64,000 bases of DNA from Chiloscyllium plagiosum (Eukaryota): the NCBI RefSeq assembly GCF_004010195.1, contig NC_057718.1, positions 71,660,433 to 71,724,432 of the forward strand. The letters are read 5' to 3'. Positions 25,720 to 37,389 of this stretch are shown piece after piece; the first letter of the stretch is position 1; each line of letters begins with the position of its first letter. The notes beneath the pieces were generated by a model that did no database searches, had not been told where the DNA came from, and saw nothing but the letters and a program-made list of their open reading frames with translations. A program made the position numbers and the translations under genes.

Positions 25720-27725
25720 CAGTAGTGAGACAAGACAGAAGGTTGAGTCTAGTTAAAATGAAGAAGTTCAATAGACAAGGTAGGCAAGAGCAGGCCAGGG
25801 AACAAGGGAAGACTGATGATTTAAAATACATTTATTTAAATGCAAGAGGCCCAACAGGTTAGGCATATGGATTTGGGGCAAGGATCAGAACAGGAGACTG
25901 GGAATATTGTAGTTATTACAGAAACATGGCTGAGGAATGGATAGGACTGGCAGTTCAGTGTTTTGGGGTGCAGATTCTATAGGAAGGATAAAAGGGGAGG
26001 CAAGAGAGGAGGGGGAATGGCGCACAATTAAAGAGGATATTCTTGGGGGATTGTTCAGTGAATCTGTATCGGTGGAAGTGAGAAATAAGGAGGGGGTGAT
26101 CTCTATGATGGGATTATACTCTAGCTCCCCTCCCCCATCCAATAATCGGTGGGAAATTGAGGAGCAAATATGCAGGGTAACTGTAGGAGTAATAAAACTG
26201 TAATAGTAGGGGATTTTAACTTTCCAAACATAGACTGGGACTACCATAGTGTTAAGTGCCTGGATGTGAAAGAATTTGTTAAGTGTGTTGAAGAAGGTTT
26301 TCTCAATCAATATGTAGATAGACCTACTAGAAAAGGAGCAAAACTTGACCTCCTCTTGGGAAACAAGACATGACAAGTGACTGAAGCCTTAGTGAGGGAG
26401 CACTTTGGGACCAGTGACCATATTCTATTAGTTTTAAAATAGTTGTGAAAAAGGTTTGGCCAGGTCCACAAGTTAAGTTCTAAATTAGAGCAAGGTCAGT
26501 TTTAATAGTATTAGACAGGAACTTTCAAAAATTGATGGGGGGAGGCTGTTAAGTGGGAGGCTTTCAAAAGCGAGTCAACAAAAGTTCAGGGATAGGATGT
26601 TCCTGTTAGTATGAAGGGCAAGGCTGTCAGGAATGGAGAACACTGGTTGACTAGAGACATTGAGACTGTGGTCAAGAAAAGGAAGGAGGCATATGTTGGA
26701 TATAGACAGCTGGGATCAAATGAATCCCTTGAGGTGTATAGGGGTGTAGGAGTATACTTTAGAGGGAAATCAGGAGGGTGAAAAGGGGACATCAGATAGT
26801 TTTGGCAGATAAGGTTAAGGACAATTCAAATTCTACAAGTACATTAAGGGCAAAAGAATAACTAGGAAGAGAATAGGACTCCTTAAAAATCAACAAGGCC
26901 ATCTATCTGTGGAACCACATGAGATGGATGAGATCCTAAATGAATATTTCTCTTCAGTATTTACCATGGGGAAAGACATGGAAGCTAAGGAACTTGGGGA
27001 AATAAATAGTGATGTCTTAAAAAGAGTCCACATTACAGAAGATGAGGTGCTGGAGGTCTTAAAATGCATAAAGTTAGAACAATTCCTGGGACCTCATCAC
27101 ATGTATTCCAGAACAATGTGGGAAGCTAAGGAAGAGATTACTGGGTCCCTAGCAGAGGTATTTGTCTCATCAACAGCCATAGGTGAGGTGCTGAAAGACT
27201 AATGGTAGCTAATGTTGTGTCATTATTTAAGAAAGGCTGTAAGGAAAAGCCATGGAACCAGTGAGCCTGACATCAGCGGTGGGTAGGTTGTTGGATGAGA
27301 TTCTGAGAGTCAGAATCTAAATGCATTTGGAAAGACCAGGACTGATGAGGGATAATCAGCATAGCTTTATGCATGGGCAATGTGTCTCACAAACTTGATT
27401 TAGGGGACTGGAATAGCCAAGGTCTTTTTCCCAGAACTGGAGGGCATAGGTTAAGGTGAGAGGGAAAAGATTTAAAAGGGACCCTAAGGGCAAATTTTCA
27501 CACAGAAGGTGGTGCGCAAATGGAACAAGCTGCCAGAGGGGGTGGTGGAAGTGGTTCAATGACAAATTTTAGAAGACATCTGGTTGGAAACATGAATAGG
27601 AAGGGTTTATAGGTATATGGGCCATATGCTGGCAAATGAGACTAAATGAGTTTAGGATCTCTGGTTGGCCTGGACAAGTTGGACGGAAGGGTCTGCTTCA
27701 ATGCTGTATAACTCATTGACTCTAT
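25720..27725 (+). mobile_element. CR1/HER1 LINE (APE + partial RT + 3' tail, internal deletion)
   Basis: IVVITETW, VIVGDFNFPNIDW, LDLLLGN, SDH and a 3' tail. Confidence 0.85.
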
Positions 27726-28261
27726 ATTTACATTATCCCATATTATGACCTCCATTAGTTTTCCCACTTTTGATTAAAAGCTGTTGTCTCCTGGGTTATG
27801 CTTTGCCACTTTCTTAAACAATGGTGTCATATTTGCAATCCTTCAGACCCTCAGGACTAATCCTCTGTTTAGAGGGGCTTGGAAAATTTCTGTCAATAAC
27901 TGCAGTTTATTGCCTTACCTCTTAGCAATCGAGGATGCATCCCATCCGGGTCACGTTGCTTGTCTGCTTGTAGTGCTGTCAGCCATTTTAGCATCTCTTC
28001 ATCTTCACTATACTGCTCAGATGTTCAACACCCACATTTTCAATAAGGCCATTGCCACCATTTTCTAATTTGGTAAAGACCGAAGCAAAATATTCATTTA
28101 GTCCCTCTGGGTCAGTGAATGGCCTATCTTTGCTTCAGTGAATGGCCTACCTTGTTTGTTCCACATGGGCACACTCAATCCTTCATTAATCTTTTACTAT
28201 TAATATGTTTGAAGAACAGTTTACCAATTGTTTTAGCACAGCCTGCCCTCCTTTCTTTGTA

Positions 28262-28466
28262 GGAGAAAGTGAGGACTGCAGATGCTGGAGATCAGAGCTG
28301 AAAATGTGTTGCTGGAAAAGCGCAGCAGGTCAGGCAGCATCCAAGGAGCAGGAGAATCGACGTTTCAGGAATTCCTGAAGAAGGGCTTATGCCCGAAACG
28401 TCGATTCTCCTGCTCCTTGGATGCTGCCTGACCTGCTGCGCTTTTCCAGCAACACATTTTCAGCTC
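28262..28466. mobile_element. Palindromic Penelope pLTR mini-insertion with hammerhead (28371-28406, +)
   Basis: Perfect 72-bp inverted arms 28295-28366 / 28395-28466. TSD ctttctttgta at 28251-28261 and 28467-28477. Confidence 0.88.
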
Positions 28467-29149
28467 CTTTCTTTGTACTTCCTGTCAGCATTCCTTTTTC
28501 CAACCTTAGCCTTTCCTGCATTTGAGACTCTAATCCAGTGTGTATCATATGTCTCCTTTTCCTTCCTTATTTTCTTATCAATACCCTTAGTCACCACGTA
28601 TTCTAGGTTTAGATATTACATTTTTATTTTACTTGCTTGTGTACCTAGTTTGTGCCCTATTCAGCTCTTTTTGAAATTCTCCCATTTCTCATTCACAATT
28701 TTATTCACCAAAATGCAATTGCAATAAACGTGCTCCAGTTCAACTTTTAGATCCCAAAAATGTGCCCTTTTCCATTCTGGGATATTAATTATTGACTAAT
28801 TTTTATTATTTTCCAACTTGATATCTGTGTTATCATATCATAACAACTAGAAGCCAGTTCACCCTCTTGAGCTTGCTCCGTTATATCATCTCAGTTTCAA
28901 CTTCACTTTGTTCCTGCTCTCCTTAACCCTTCAACCTATTTAAAATTTCTGATGAAGGGCTCGTCTGAAACATCGATTCTCCTGCTCATCGAATGCTGCC
29001 TGACCTGCTGTGCTTTTCTAGCACCACACTCTCGACTCTAAAAATCTGTCCATCTCCTCCTCCTCACATTTACTCAGTATCTCAGCATAACCACATTCTG
29101 GTGTGGTAAATTCCACACATTCATGATCCTTTGAGAGAAGTAATTTCCT

Positions 29150-32100
29150 AGAACTACTGCCGCTGCGATTGCTGCCAGAAAGAACTATTGCCTCCGCAAA
29201 GATGCTGATACTTCTGTTGCTGAAACCTTCACTGCTGAAACCTGATGAATGCTGTCCGCTATGTCACTTCTGCCCTCGTGGTTATTGCTGTTAAATGCCA
29301 CTTCCGCTCGCACTGATGTCACTTACTGGAATTTCACTGATGCCCCCACACACCCCACTGAAAGCACACTTATGCCGCTTCCGCCCCCGCTGTTTCTGCT
29401 GAACATGGCACTTCTGCACCTGCTGACATTGCTTAATGAAGCTCTGCTGACCATGTCGTCTCCACAGTTGCCACTGAGAACGCTGCTGCCAAGGACACTG
29501 TTTTAGTGAACACCGCCCAAAATGTCACTTTCATCCCCACGAGTGCCACTGAACGCACTGCTTCCACTCCCATGACCGCCACCATTCACGTCACTTCCTC
29601 TGGTGACATCACCTATGACATCATCAACAATTTCATGACTGCCCCCCCCCCACACTCCAGAGACAGCCTCCATTCCCACTCCCAACTCCAGCTCTACACT
29701 AGGCTCCAGCCCTGCCTGGTTTTTTACCAACCCCTAGACTTCGCCTTCACTGAGGATGAACGATCAGTCCTCAGTAAAGGTCTCACCATCATGCCATCAC
29801 ATTTCCAGGTCAACGAATTCCATATATGCTGCGACATTGAACTTTTCTTCTGCTGCCTCCGCCTCTCTGTGCTTACTTTTTCAATCGTGAGTCCCACCCA
29901 CCCTCTGAGGAAACCTTCTCCAGTGTCCAACATACTCCGTCCTCCTGGACACCCCCTGCTGGCCTCTCACCTGCCCTCAACCTCTATCTCCAACTGCTGC
30001 CGTGACATTGACAGCCTTTACCTGTCCACCCTACTCACCTATTTCAACCTCAAACTCACGCAAAGCACAGCCCTGCACTCCCTCCATTCCAACCCCAACC
30101 TCACCATTAAACTAATGGACAGGGGAGGTGGGAGCGGGGAGGGCGCACTGGTAGTCAGATACATCGACCTCTACGTCACTAAAGCCAGGTGCCAACTCAC
30201 GAGCACCTCCTGCTGCTTCCTCGATCACGACCTTCATCTTCCATCATGAAACCATCTCCCAGACCATCCACAATCTGATCACCACAGGCAATTTCCACGG
30301 CCTCCAACCTCAGTTCCACAACAGTGCAATACCTGGTTTTACCTTTTACCCAAAATCCAAAACCTGTCTGCCCTGGTCAACCCATTGTCTCCACCTGCTC
30401 CTGCCCCACCAAACTTATCTCCTCATTTTCAATACTGTCCTGTCCCCCTTGGTGCAGGAACTCCCCACATATATTTGGGACACCACCCTTGTCCTCCACT
30501 TCCTTCATGACTTTTGATTCTCCGGCCCCTAATGCCTCATCCATGGACATAGAAATAGAACATAGAAAAAATACAGCGCAGTACAGGCCCTTTGGCCCTC
30601 GATGTTGCGCCGATCCAAGCCCACCTAACCTACACTAGCCCACTATCCTCCATATGCCTATCCAATCCCCGTTTAAATGCCCATAAAGAGGGAGAGTCCA
30701 CTACTGCTACTGGCAGGGCATTCCATGAACTCACGACTCGCTGAGTAAATAATCTACCCCTAACATCTGTCCTATACCTACCACCCCTTAATTTAAAGCT
30801 ATGCCCCCTCGTAATAGCTGACTCCATTCGTGGAAAAAGGTTCTCATGGTCAACCCTATCTAAATCCCTAATCATCTTGTATACCTCTATCAAGTCACCT
30901 CTAAACCTTCTTTTCTCCAATGAAAACAGCCCCAAGTGCCTCAGCCTTTCCTCATACGATCTTCCTACCATACCAGGCAACATCCTGGTAAACCTCCTCT
31001 GCACCCGTTCCAGTGCCTCCACATCTTTCCTATAGTATGGTGACCAAAAACTGCACACAATACTCCAGATGCGGCCACACCGGAGTTTTATACAACTGCA
31101 ACATGACCTCAGGACTCCGGAACTTAATTCCTCTGCCAATAAAAGCCAGTACGCCATATGCCTTGTGAGGCACGACCTGCCCTTCACAAAACCACGCTGA
31201 CTATCCTTGATCACATTATTCTTATCCAGATGTTCATAAATCCTATCCCTTACAATTCTCTCTAAGACTTTGCCCACAACAGAAGTGAGACTCACTGGCC
31301 TATAGTTACTAGGGTTATCCCTACTCCCCTTCTTGAACAAGGGAACCACATTTGCTATCCTCCAGTCTACTGGCACTATTCCTGTAGACAATGAGGTCAT
31401 AAAAATCAAGGCTAATGGCTCTGCAATTCCCTTGCTTCCCAGAGAATCCTAGGATAAATGCCATCAGGCACAGGGAACTTATCTATTTTCACCCTTTCCA
31501 GAATTTCCAACACCTCTTCCCTACATACCTCAAAGCCGTGCATTCTAATTAACTGTGACTCAGTATTCACATCGGCAACAATGTCCTGTTCCTGAGTGAA
31601 TACTGACGAAAAGTATTCATTCAGTGTCTCCCCAATTTCTTCAGCCTCCACACGCAACTTCCCTACTATCCTTGACTGGATCTATTCCTACCCTAATCAT
31701 TCTTTTATTGCTGACATACCTATAGAAAGCCTTTGGGTTTTCCCTAATCCTACCAAATAAGGACTTTTCATGTCCCCTCCTTGCTGCTCTTAGCTCTCTC
31801 TTCAGATCCTTCCTGGCTACCTTATAACATCCCGCCCTATACAGCTCCATCTGCCTTGGCGAATGCCTCCAAGCCCTCTGTTTCTTCCTCTCACAACAAT
31901 CCAACCAGTACCTGTCTACTGACACACTCATTTGATTGGTGGAACTGGTTCTCACTCTTAATAACTTCTCCTTCGAATGCTCCCACTTCCTTCAGGCCAA
32001 AGAGGTAGCCATGGCCACCCGCATGGGACTCAGCTATGCCTGCCTCTTTGTAGGATGCGTGGAACAGTCCCTCTTCCGCAGTTACACCGGCACCATCCCC

Positions 32101-33402
32101 CACCTTTTCCTCTGCTACATTGCTGACTTTATCAGCATCACCTTGTGTTCCCATCAACTTCACAAACACCTTCCACCCTGACCTTTCGTTCACATGAACC
32201 GTCTCTGACATCTCCCTCCCCTTACGGACCTCTCCATCTCTATCTCTGGCAACCGACTCAATATGGACATCTATTTCAAACCCATTCACTTGCGTAGCCA
32301 CCTTGACTGCCAATTCCTTCGCATTTGCTGCATCCATTTCTGGATATCCCAGATGGCCTCCTATTTTAAGGACCGCAATCACCCCTCCCCCATGACCAAC
32401 ATTGCCCTCAGTTGCCCTCCACTTCCTGCATCTTTGCAGTTGGACACCACCCCTCCAACCGCAACAAGGATAGCACACCCCGGTCCTCACATTCCACCCC
32501 ATTAATCTCTGGATATAGTGCATTATTCTCTACTGATTCCACCACCTACAATTAGACCCCACCCCCAAAGTTATATTTCCCTCCCCACCCCATCTGCGTT
32601 CTGCAGAGATCAATTCCACTGTGACTCCCTCATTAGGTCCATGCCCCTCACCAACCCACCCTCCGCGCCCAGTACCTTCCCTTGCCACCGCAGGAGGTGT
32701 AAGACCTGTGCTCACACCTCCCCCCTCACCTCCAACCAGGGCCCCAAATCTGGAGATTTTCCTGCACATACCCGCACTTCATTTGTTGTCTGTTGCTGTT
32801 GATTGGTCTCCTCTACATCGGGGAGACAGAATGCCAACTCGCGGAGCATTGCAGGGAAAATATCTGGGACACACACACCAAACAGCCCTACTGGCCTGTG
32901 GCCAACCACTTCAAGTCTCCCTCCCACTCCCTCAAGAACATTCAGGTCCTGGGCAGCCTCCAGTGCCAAATCAAAGCTACTCCACAACTGGAGGAAGAAT
33001 GCCTCATCTTCTGCCTTGGGACCCTTCAACCATATGGCGTCAACATCGACTTCATTAGTTTTCCCTCGCACCATTTCATTCACAGATCCAACCCTGCAAC
33101 TTAACACCCTTTCATGATGTGTCCTACCTTTCCAGCTTCTTTCCTACCTGTCTACTCCACCCTCCCCACCGACCTATCACTATTACCCTCCCACTTGCGT
33201 CCACCTATTGCCTTCCCAGCTAACCTCCCGCCAGCCCCACTCCCACCCCCATTTAACTCTCGGTCTCATTCCCCTCCACATCCCTGATGAAGGACTTATG
33301 CCCGAAATGTTGACTGTCTTGCTCCTTGGAAGCTGCCTGACTTGCTGTGCTTTTCCAACATGACACTTTCTGACTCCAACTCTCCAGTGCTCACTTTCTC
33401 TT
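29150..33402 (+). mobile_element. Penelope-like element, decayed, split by a CR1 insertion
   Basis: TEDERSVLSKGL, ELVLTLNNFSF..HFLQ..VAM.TRMG.SYA, GLLYIGET and EEECLIFCLGTLQPYG. pLTR with hammerhead remnant at 33281-33313. Confidence 0.85.
30548..31826 (-). mobile_element. Young CR1/HER1 LINE fragment with internal deletion
   Basis: ORF 30630-31409 has WRIANVVPLFKKG..NYRPVSLTSVVGK...ALERVQRRFTRMLPG; (ttctat)n tail. Confidence 0.88.
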
Positions 33403-33496
33403 AGAAGTAATTTCTCCCGATCTCTGTTTTAAATCTGCTCCTCTTTAACCTTAAATTGTGATCTCTTGTTCTAGATTGCCTCACATGAGAAACATG

Positions 33497-33802
33497 TGGC
33501 GGCATGGTGGCACAGTGGTTAGCACTGCTGCCTCACAGCGCCTGAGACCCGGGTTCAATTCCCGCCTCAGGCTGTGTGGAGTTTGCACATTCTCCTCGTG
33601 TCTGCGTGGGTTTCCTCCGGGTGCTCCGGTTTCCTCCTACAATCCAAAAATGTGCAGGTTAAGTGAGTTGGCCATGCTAAATTGCCTGTAGTGTTAGGTG
33701 AAGGGGTGAATGTAGGGGAATGGGTCTGGGTGGGTGGCGGGTTGGTGTGGACTTGTTGGGCTGAAGGGCCTGTTTCCACACTAAGTAATCTAATTTAATC
33801 TA
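33497..33802 (+). mobile_element. HE1-type SINE
   Basis: A/B boxes, V-domain and aatct tail. Confidence 0.88.
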
Positions 33803-33804
33803 AT

Positions 33805-34555
33805 CCTTTCTATAACTACTTTGTCAAGTTCCTTTAGTGTGTTGTATATCTCAAATAGATCACCTTTCATTCTTCTAAACTCCCGAGAGTATAGATCTAA
33901 ACTGCTCAATCTCTGTTCATAAGACAAACCCTCCATTTCTGGAATCAACCTAGTAAATCTCCTCTGAATGGCCTCCAATACAACTACATCTCTCCTTAAG
34001 TAAAGGGGCCAAAATTGGAAGCAGTATTCCAGCTGTGGTCTCACTAATGTCTTGCACAGTTGTAGCAATGCTTCCCTACTTTTATACTCTATTCCTTTAG
34101 CAATAAATGCCATTTGCCTTCCTTATTATCTGCGTAAACAAGTTTTTTTGCGATTCTTGCACTGACACACTCTAAAGTTATTGACCTTTTAGATAAGTTG
34201 ACTTTCTACTCATCTGAACTCACTTGTCCACATTAACACAATAAGGTACAGGAGCAAAGTAAGCCATTCGGCTCTTTGAGTAAGCACCACCATTTCATCA
34301 TGGCTGATGTGTTTCTGAATCCTATTCTCCTGCCTGTCACCGTGACCCTTGAGTCCCTTACTAATCAAGAACCTACACTCGATGATGAGGCCTCCACAGC
34401 TTTCTGCAGCAATGAGTGCTGTAGATTAACCACTCTTTTGCTGGAAAAAATTCCTTCACAGTTCTAAAGAATTGTCCTTCACTATCAGGCTGTATCCTCA
34501 GGTCCTAGTCTCTTTTCCTCGTGGAAATATCCTTTCCACATCCACTCTGTTCATG
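33805..34555 (-). mobile_element. CR1 3' fragments
   Basis: ORF 33790-34113 has LVRPQLEYC..W...IQRRFTRLIP. Confidence 0.75.
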
Positions 34556-34561
34556 CCTCTC

Positions 34562-34930
34562 TGCAGTCAGGTCAGCCAGGTGGACCTCATATCAAATGAG
34601 TTCCCTGATTGGGGCTTTAATTTGCACCAATCGGGGAATCCTGGCTGACAGACATAAACAGGAGTGTCACACAGCACTGCCCTTTGATGTGAAGGGCAGT
34701 GTTTGTCACTGGCCACCCGGGTGTTTTCCTATCTTCCTGGTGGTGGAAATTGAATAAAAAATTCGTGCAAAAAAAATTTTAAAAAATAAACAGAAGTGTC
34801 AGAAGTTCTGGTCACTCTGACGTATGGCTTTGAGGAAGCAGGGTCAGTGTCAATGACTTGCTGCGTGTGAATAATGGGTTACTTGGTGACGGGAAATGGC
34901 CTTTGTGGAGTTACTCCATTGGTGATGAGA
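34562..34930 (+). mobile_element. Putative Gypsy-type LTR followed by PBS-like tggtgatgag; contains a 116-bp polyA-tailed retro-insertion (34670-34785)
   Basis: Starts tgcagtcagg and ends ...actcca, then ttggtgatgag. The insertion is flanked by a 16-bp TSD ataaacagRagtgtca (34654-34669 / 34786-34801) and has AATAAA plus an A-tail. Confidence 0.5.
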
Positions 34931-34964
34931 GAAAAGCACGCCCCTGAAGAAATTCACTCTCAAT

Positions 34965-36615
34965 TGTCATAGAGTCATGAAGCCGTACAGCATAGAAACA
35001 GACTCTTTGGTCCAACTTGGTCATGTCAAGCAGATATCCTAAATTAATCTGGTCCCATTTGCCAGCATTCGGCCTATATCCTTCTAAATCTTTGCTATTC
35101 GTATACACATCCCGATACCTTTTAAATGTTGTATTTGTACTACCACTTCCTCTGGCAGCTCATTTCATACATGCACCGCCATCTGCATGAAAAGGTTGCC
35201 CCTTAGGTTCCTTTTAAATCTTTCCCCTGTCACCTTAAATCTATGCCATCTACTTTTGAACTCTCCCACCCCAGGGAAAGGATATTGACTATTCATCCTA
35301 ACCGTTGCCCCTCGTAATTTTATAGATCAGGATAAGGTAACCCCTCAGCCTCCGAAGCTCCAGGGAAAATAGACCTATCTTACTCAGCCTCTCCCTATAG
35401 CTCAAACCCTCTAAACCTGACAATATTCTTGTAAATCTTTTCTGAACCCTTTCAAGTTTCACAACATCCTCCTATATCAGGGAGACCAGACCTGCATGCA
35501 ATATTCCAACAGTGGCCTAACCAATGTCCTGTACAGCCATAATATGACCTCTCAACTCCCATACTCAATGCACTGACCAATAAAGGCAAGCATACCAAAT
35601 GCTGCCTTCACTATTCTGTTTATCTGCGACACCACTTTCAAGGAACTATGAACTTGCACTTCAAAATCTCTTTGTTCAGCAGCATTCCCCAGGACCTTAC
35701 TATTTAAGTGTATAAGTCCTGCCCTGATTTGCCTTTCCAAAGTGCAGCATCTCATGTTTATGTAAATTAAACCCCATCTGCCACTTTATCAGCCTTTGGC
35801 CCATCTGACCAAGATTCTGTTGTATTCTGAGGTAACCTTGTTCTCTGTCCACTACACCTCCAATTTTGGTGTTACCTGAAAGTCTACTAACCAAACCTGC
35901 TATGTTCACATCCAAATAATTTATATAAATGACAAAAAGCAGTGGACCCAGCACTTGTGGCACACCACTGGTCACAGGCTGCCAGTCTGAAAAGCAGCTC
36001 TCCACACCACCATACCTTCAAGCAAGTTCTGTATCCAAATGGCTAGTGTTCCTAATATTCCACATGATCTAACTTTGCTTACCAGTCTGCCATGAGGAAC
36101 CTTGTCAAATGCCTTAACGAATTCCATATAGATCACGTCCACCACTCTGCCCTCATCAATCCTTTTCACTACTTCTTCAAAAAACTCAAAAAATCATGCA
36201 GAAAACGATGTTGACTACCCCTCATCAGTCCTTGCCATGTCCAAATACATGTAAATCCTGTCCTTCAGGATTCCCTCCAACACTTGCCTCCCACTGATGT
36301 CAGGCTCACCGGTCTATAGTTTCTTGACTTTACCTTACCACCTTTCTTAAATAGTGGCACCACATTAGCCCACCTCCTGAATTCTGGCACCTCACCTGTG
36401 GCTTTCAGTGATTCAAGCATCTCAGCAAGGGGCCCAGTAATCACTTCCCTAGCTTCCCACAGAGATTTAGAGTACACCCGATCAGGTCCCAGTAATTTAT
36501 CCACCTTTATACATTTTAAGATGTCCAGCATCTTCTCCTCTGTAATATGGACATTTTTCAAGATATTGCTATTTATTTCCCCACGTTCTCTATCTTCCAT
36601 ATCCTTCTCTACAGT
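34965..36615 (-). mobile_element. CR1/HER1 LINE RT + 3' end
   Basis: ORF fragments WANVVPLFKKG, KAFDKVPHGRL and SGVPQ.LGPLLF. Confidence 0.85.
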
Positions 36616-37089
36616 CTTTGAGTTGGAGTAAGCATTCATGGAGTAATCATGCTGTAATTTGGTAAACTTGACTCATTTGACCTTGTCATTGTGGACGGGA
36701 TGTGTTATTTTTTCCAGGCAAATGACGTTGCGGCAGATAAAATGCCATGTATAATTCTCCTGACAGCTTATGGACTGATAGCTTTCCCTGAGGCACCAGA
36801 TACTAAAACCTTCCACGATTGACAGTTTTAGTTAAGGAATATTATGACCTCGAGCCTTTTCTAACTCTGAGACGCTATTGGTTTTACTAGGCAATTTGAG
36901 AACAGGTAAATCCAAATCAGATTTTTGACTAGGTTAAGATGACTGACAGAGACATCTGGCTTTGATTTAACCCTTAATGGGTTGCTGAGAGGCTGTTTGG
37001 TTTGTTAACAGCTGACTAGCAAGTGAAGGGTTAACCTATGATCCAATTAATTGAGGTAGAGAGATAATTACAAAAAATCAAAAATAAGA

Positions 37090-37225
37090 TTGGCCATGCT
37101 AAATTGCCCGTAGTGTTAGGTTAGGGGTATGGGTGGCTTGCGCTTCGGCCGGTCGGTGTGGACTTCTTGGGCCGAAGGGCCTGTTTCCACACTGTAAGTA
37201 ATCTAATCTAATCTAATCTAATCTA
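37090..37225 (+). mobile_element. HE1 SINE 3' half with (aatct)5 tail
   Basis: Starts at ttggccatgctaaattgccc; microsatellite tail. Confidence 0.85.
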
Positions 37226-37290
37226 AGATGGGGCTGGAATCTCTTGCAATGATCTCTGTGCCTATAAATTATGTACCTGTGCACTTTACT

Positions 37291-37375
37291 TCACCTGATG
37301 AAGGAGCAGCTCTCTGACAGCTTGTGATTTCAAAAATAAACCTGTTGGACATGTTGTGTGACTTCTGACTTTGTT
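37291..37375 (+). mobile_element. Third-family Penelope pLTR remnant with degenerate hammerhead
   Basis: tcac-CTGATGA-a-ggag(cagctct)ct-GACA-gctt-gtga, then aataaacctgttggac. A related minus-strand remnant lies at about 63650-63910. Confidence 0.5.
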
Positions 37376-37389
37376 CTTACTGATAGCCA

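Noticed and set aside
29150..29500. Ala/Thr-rich low-complexity ORFs as a host gene
   Set aside because: Contiguous with the decayed Penelope ORF N-terminal region; no splice structure.
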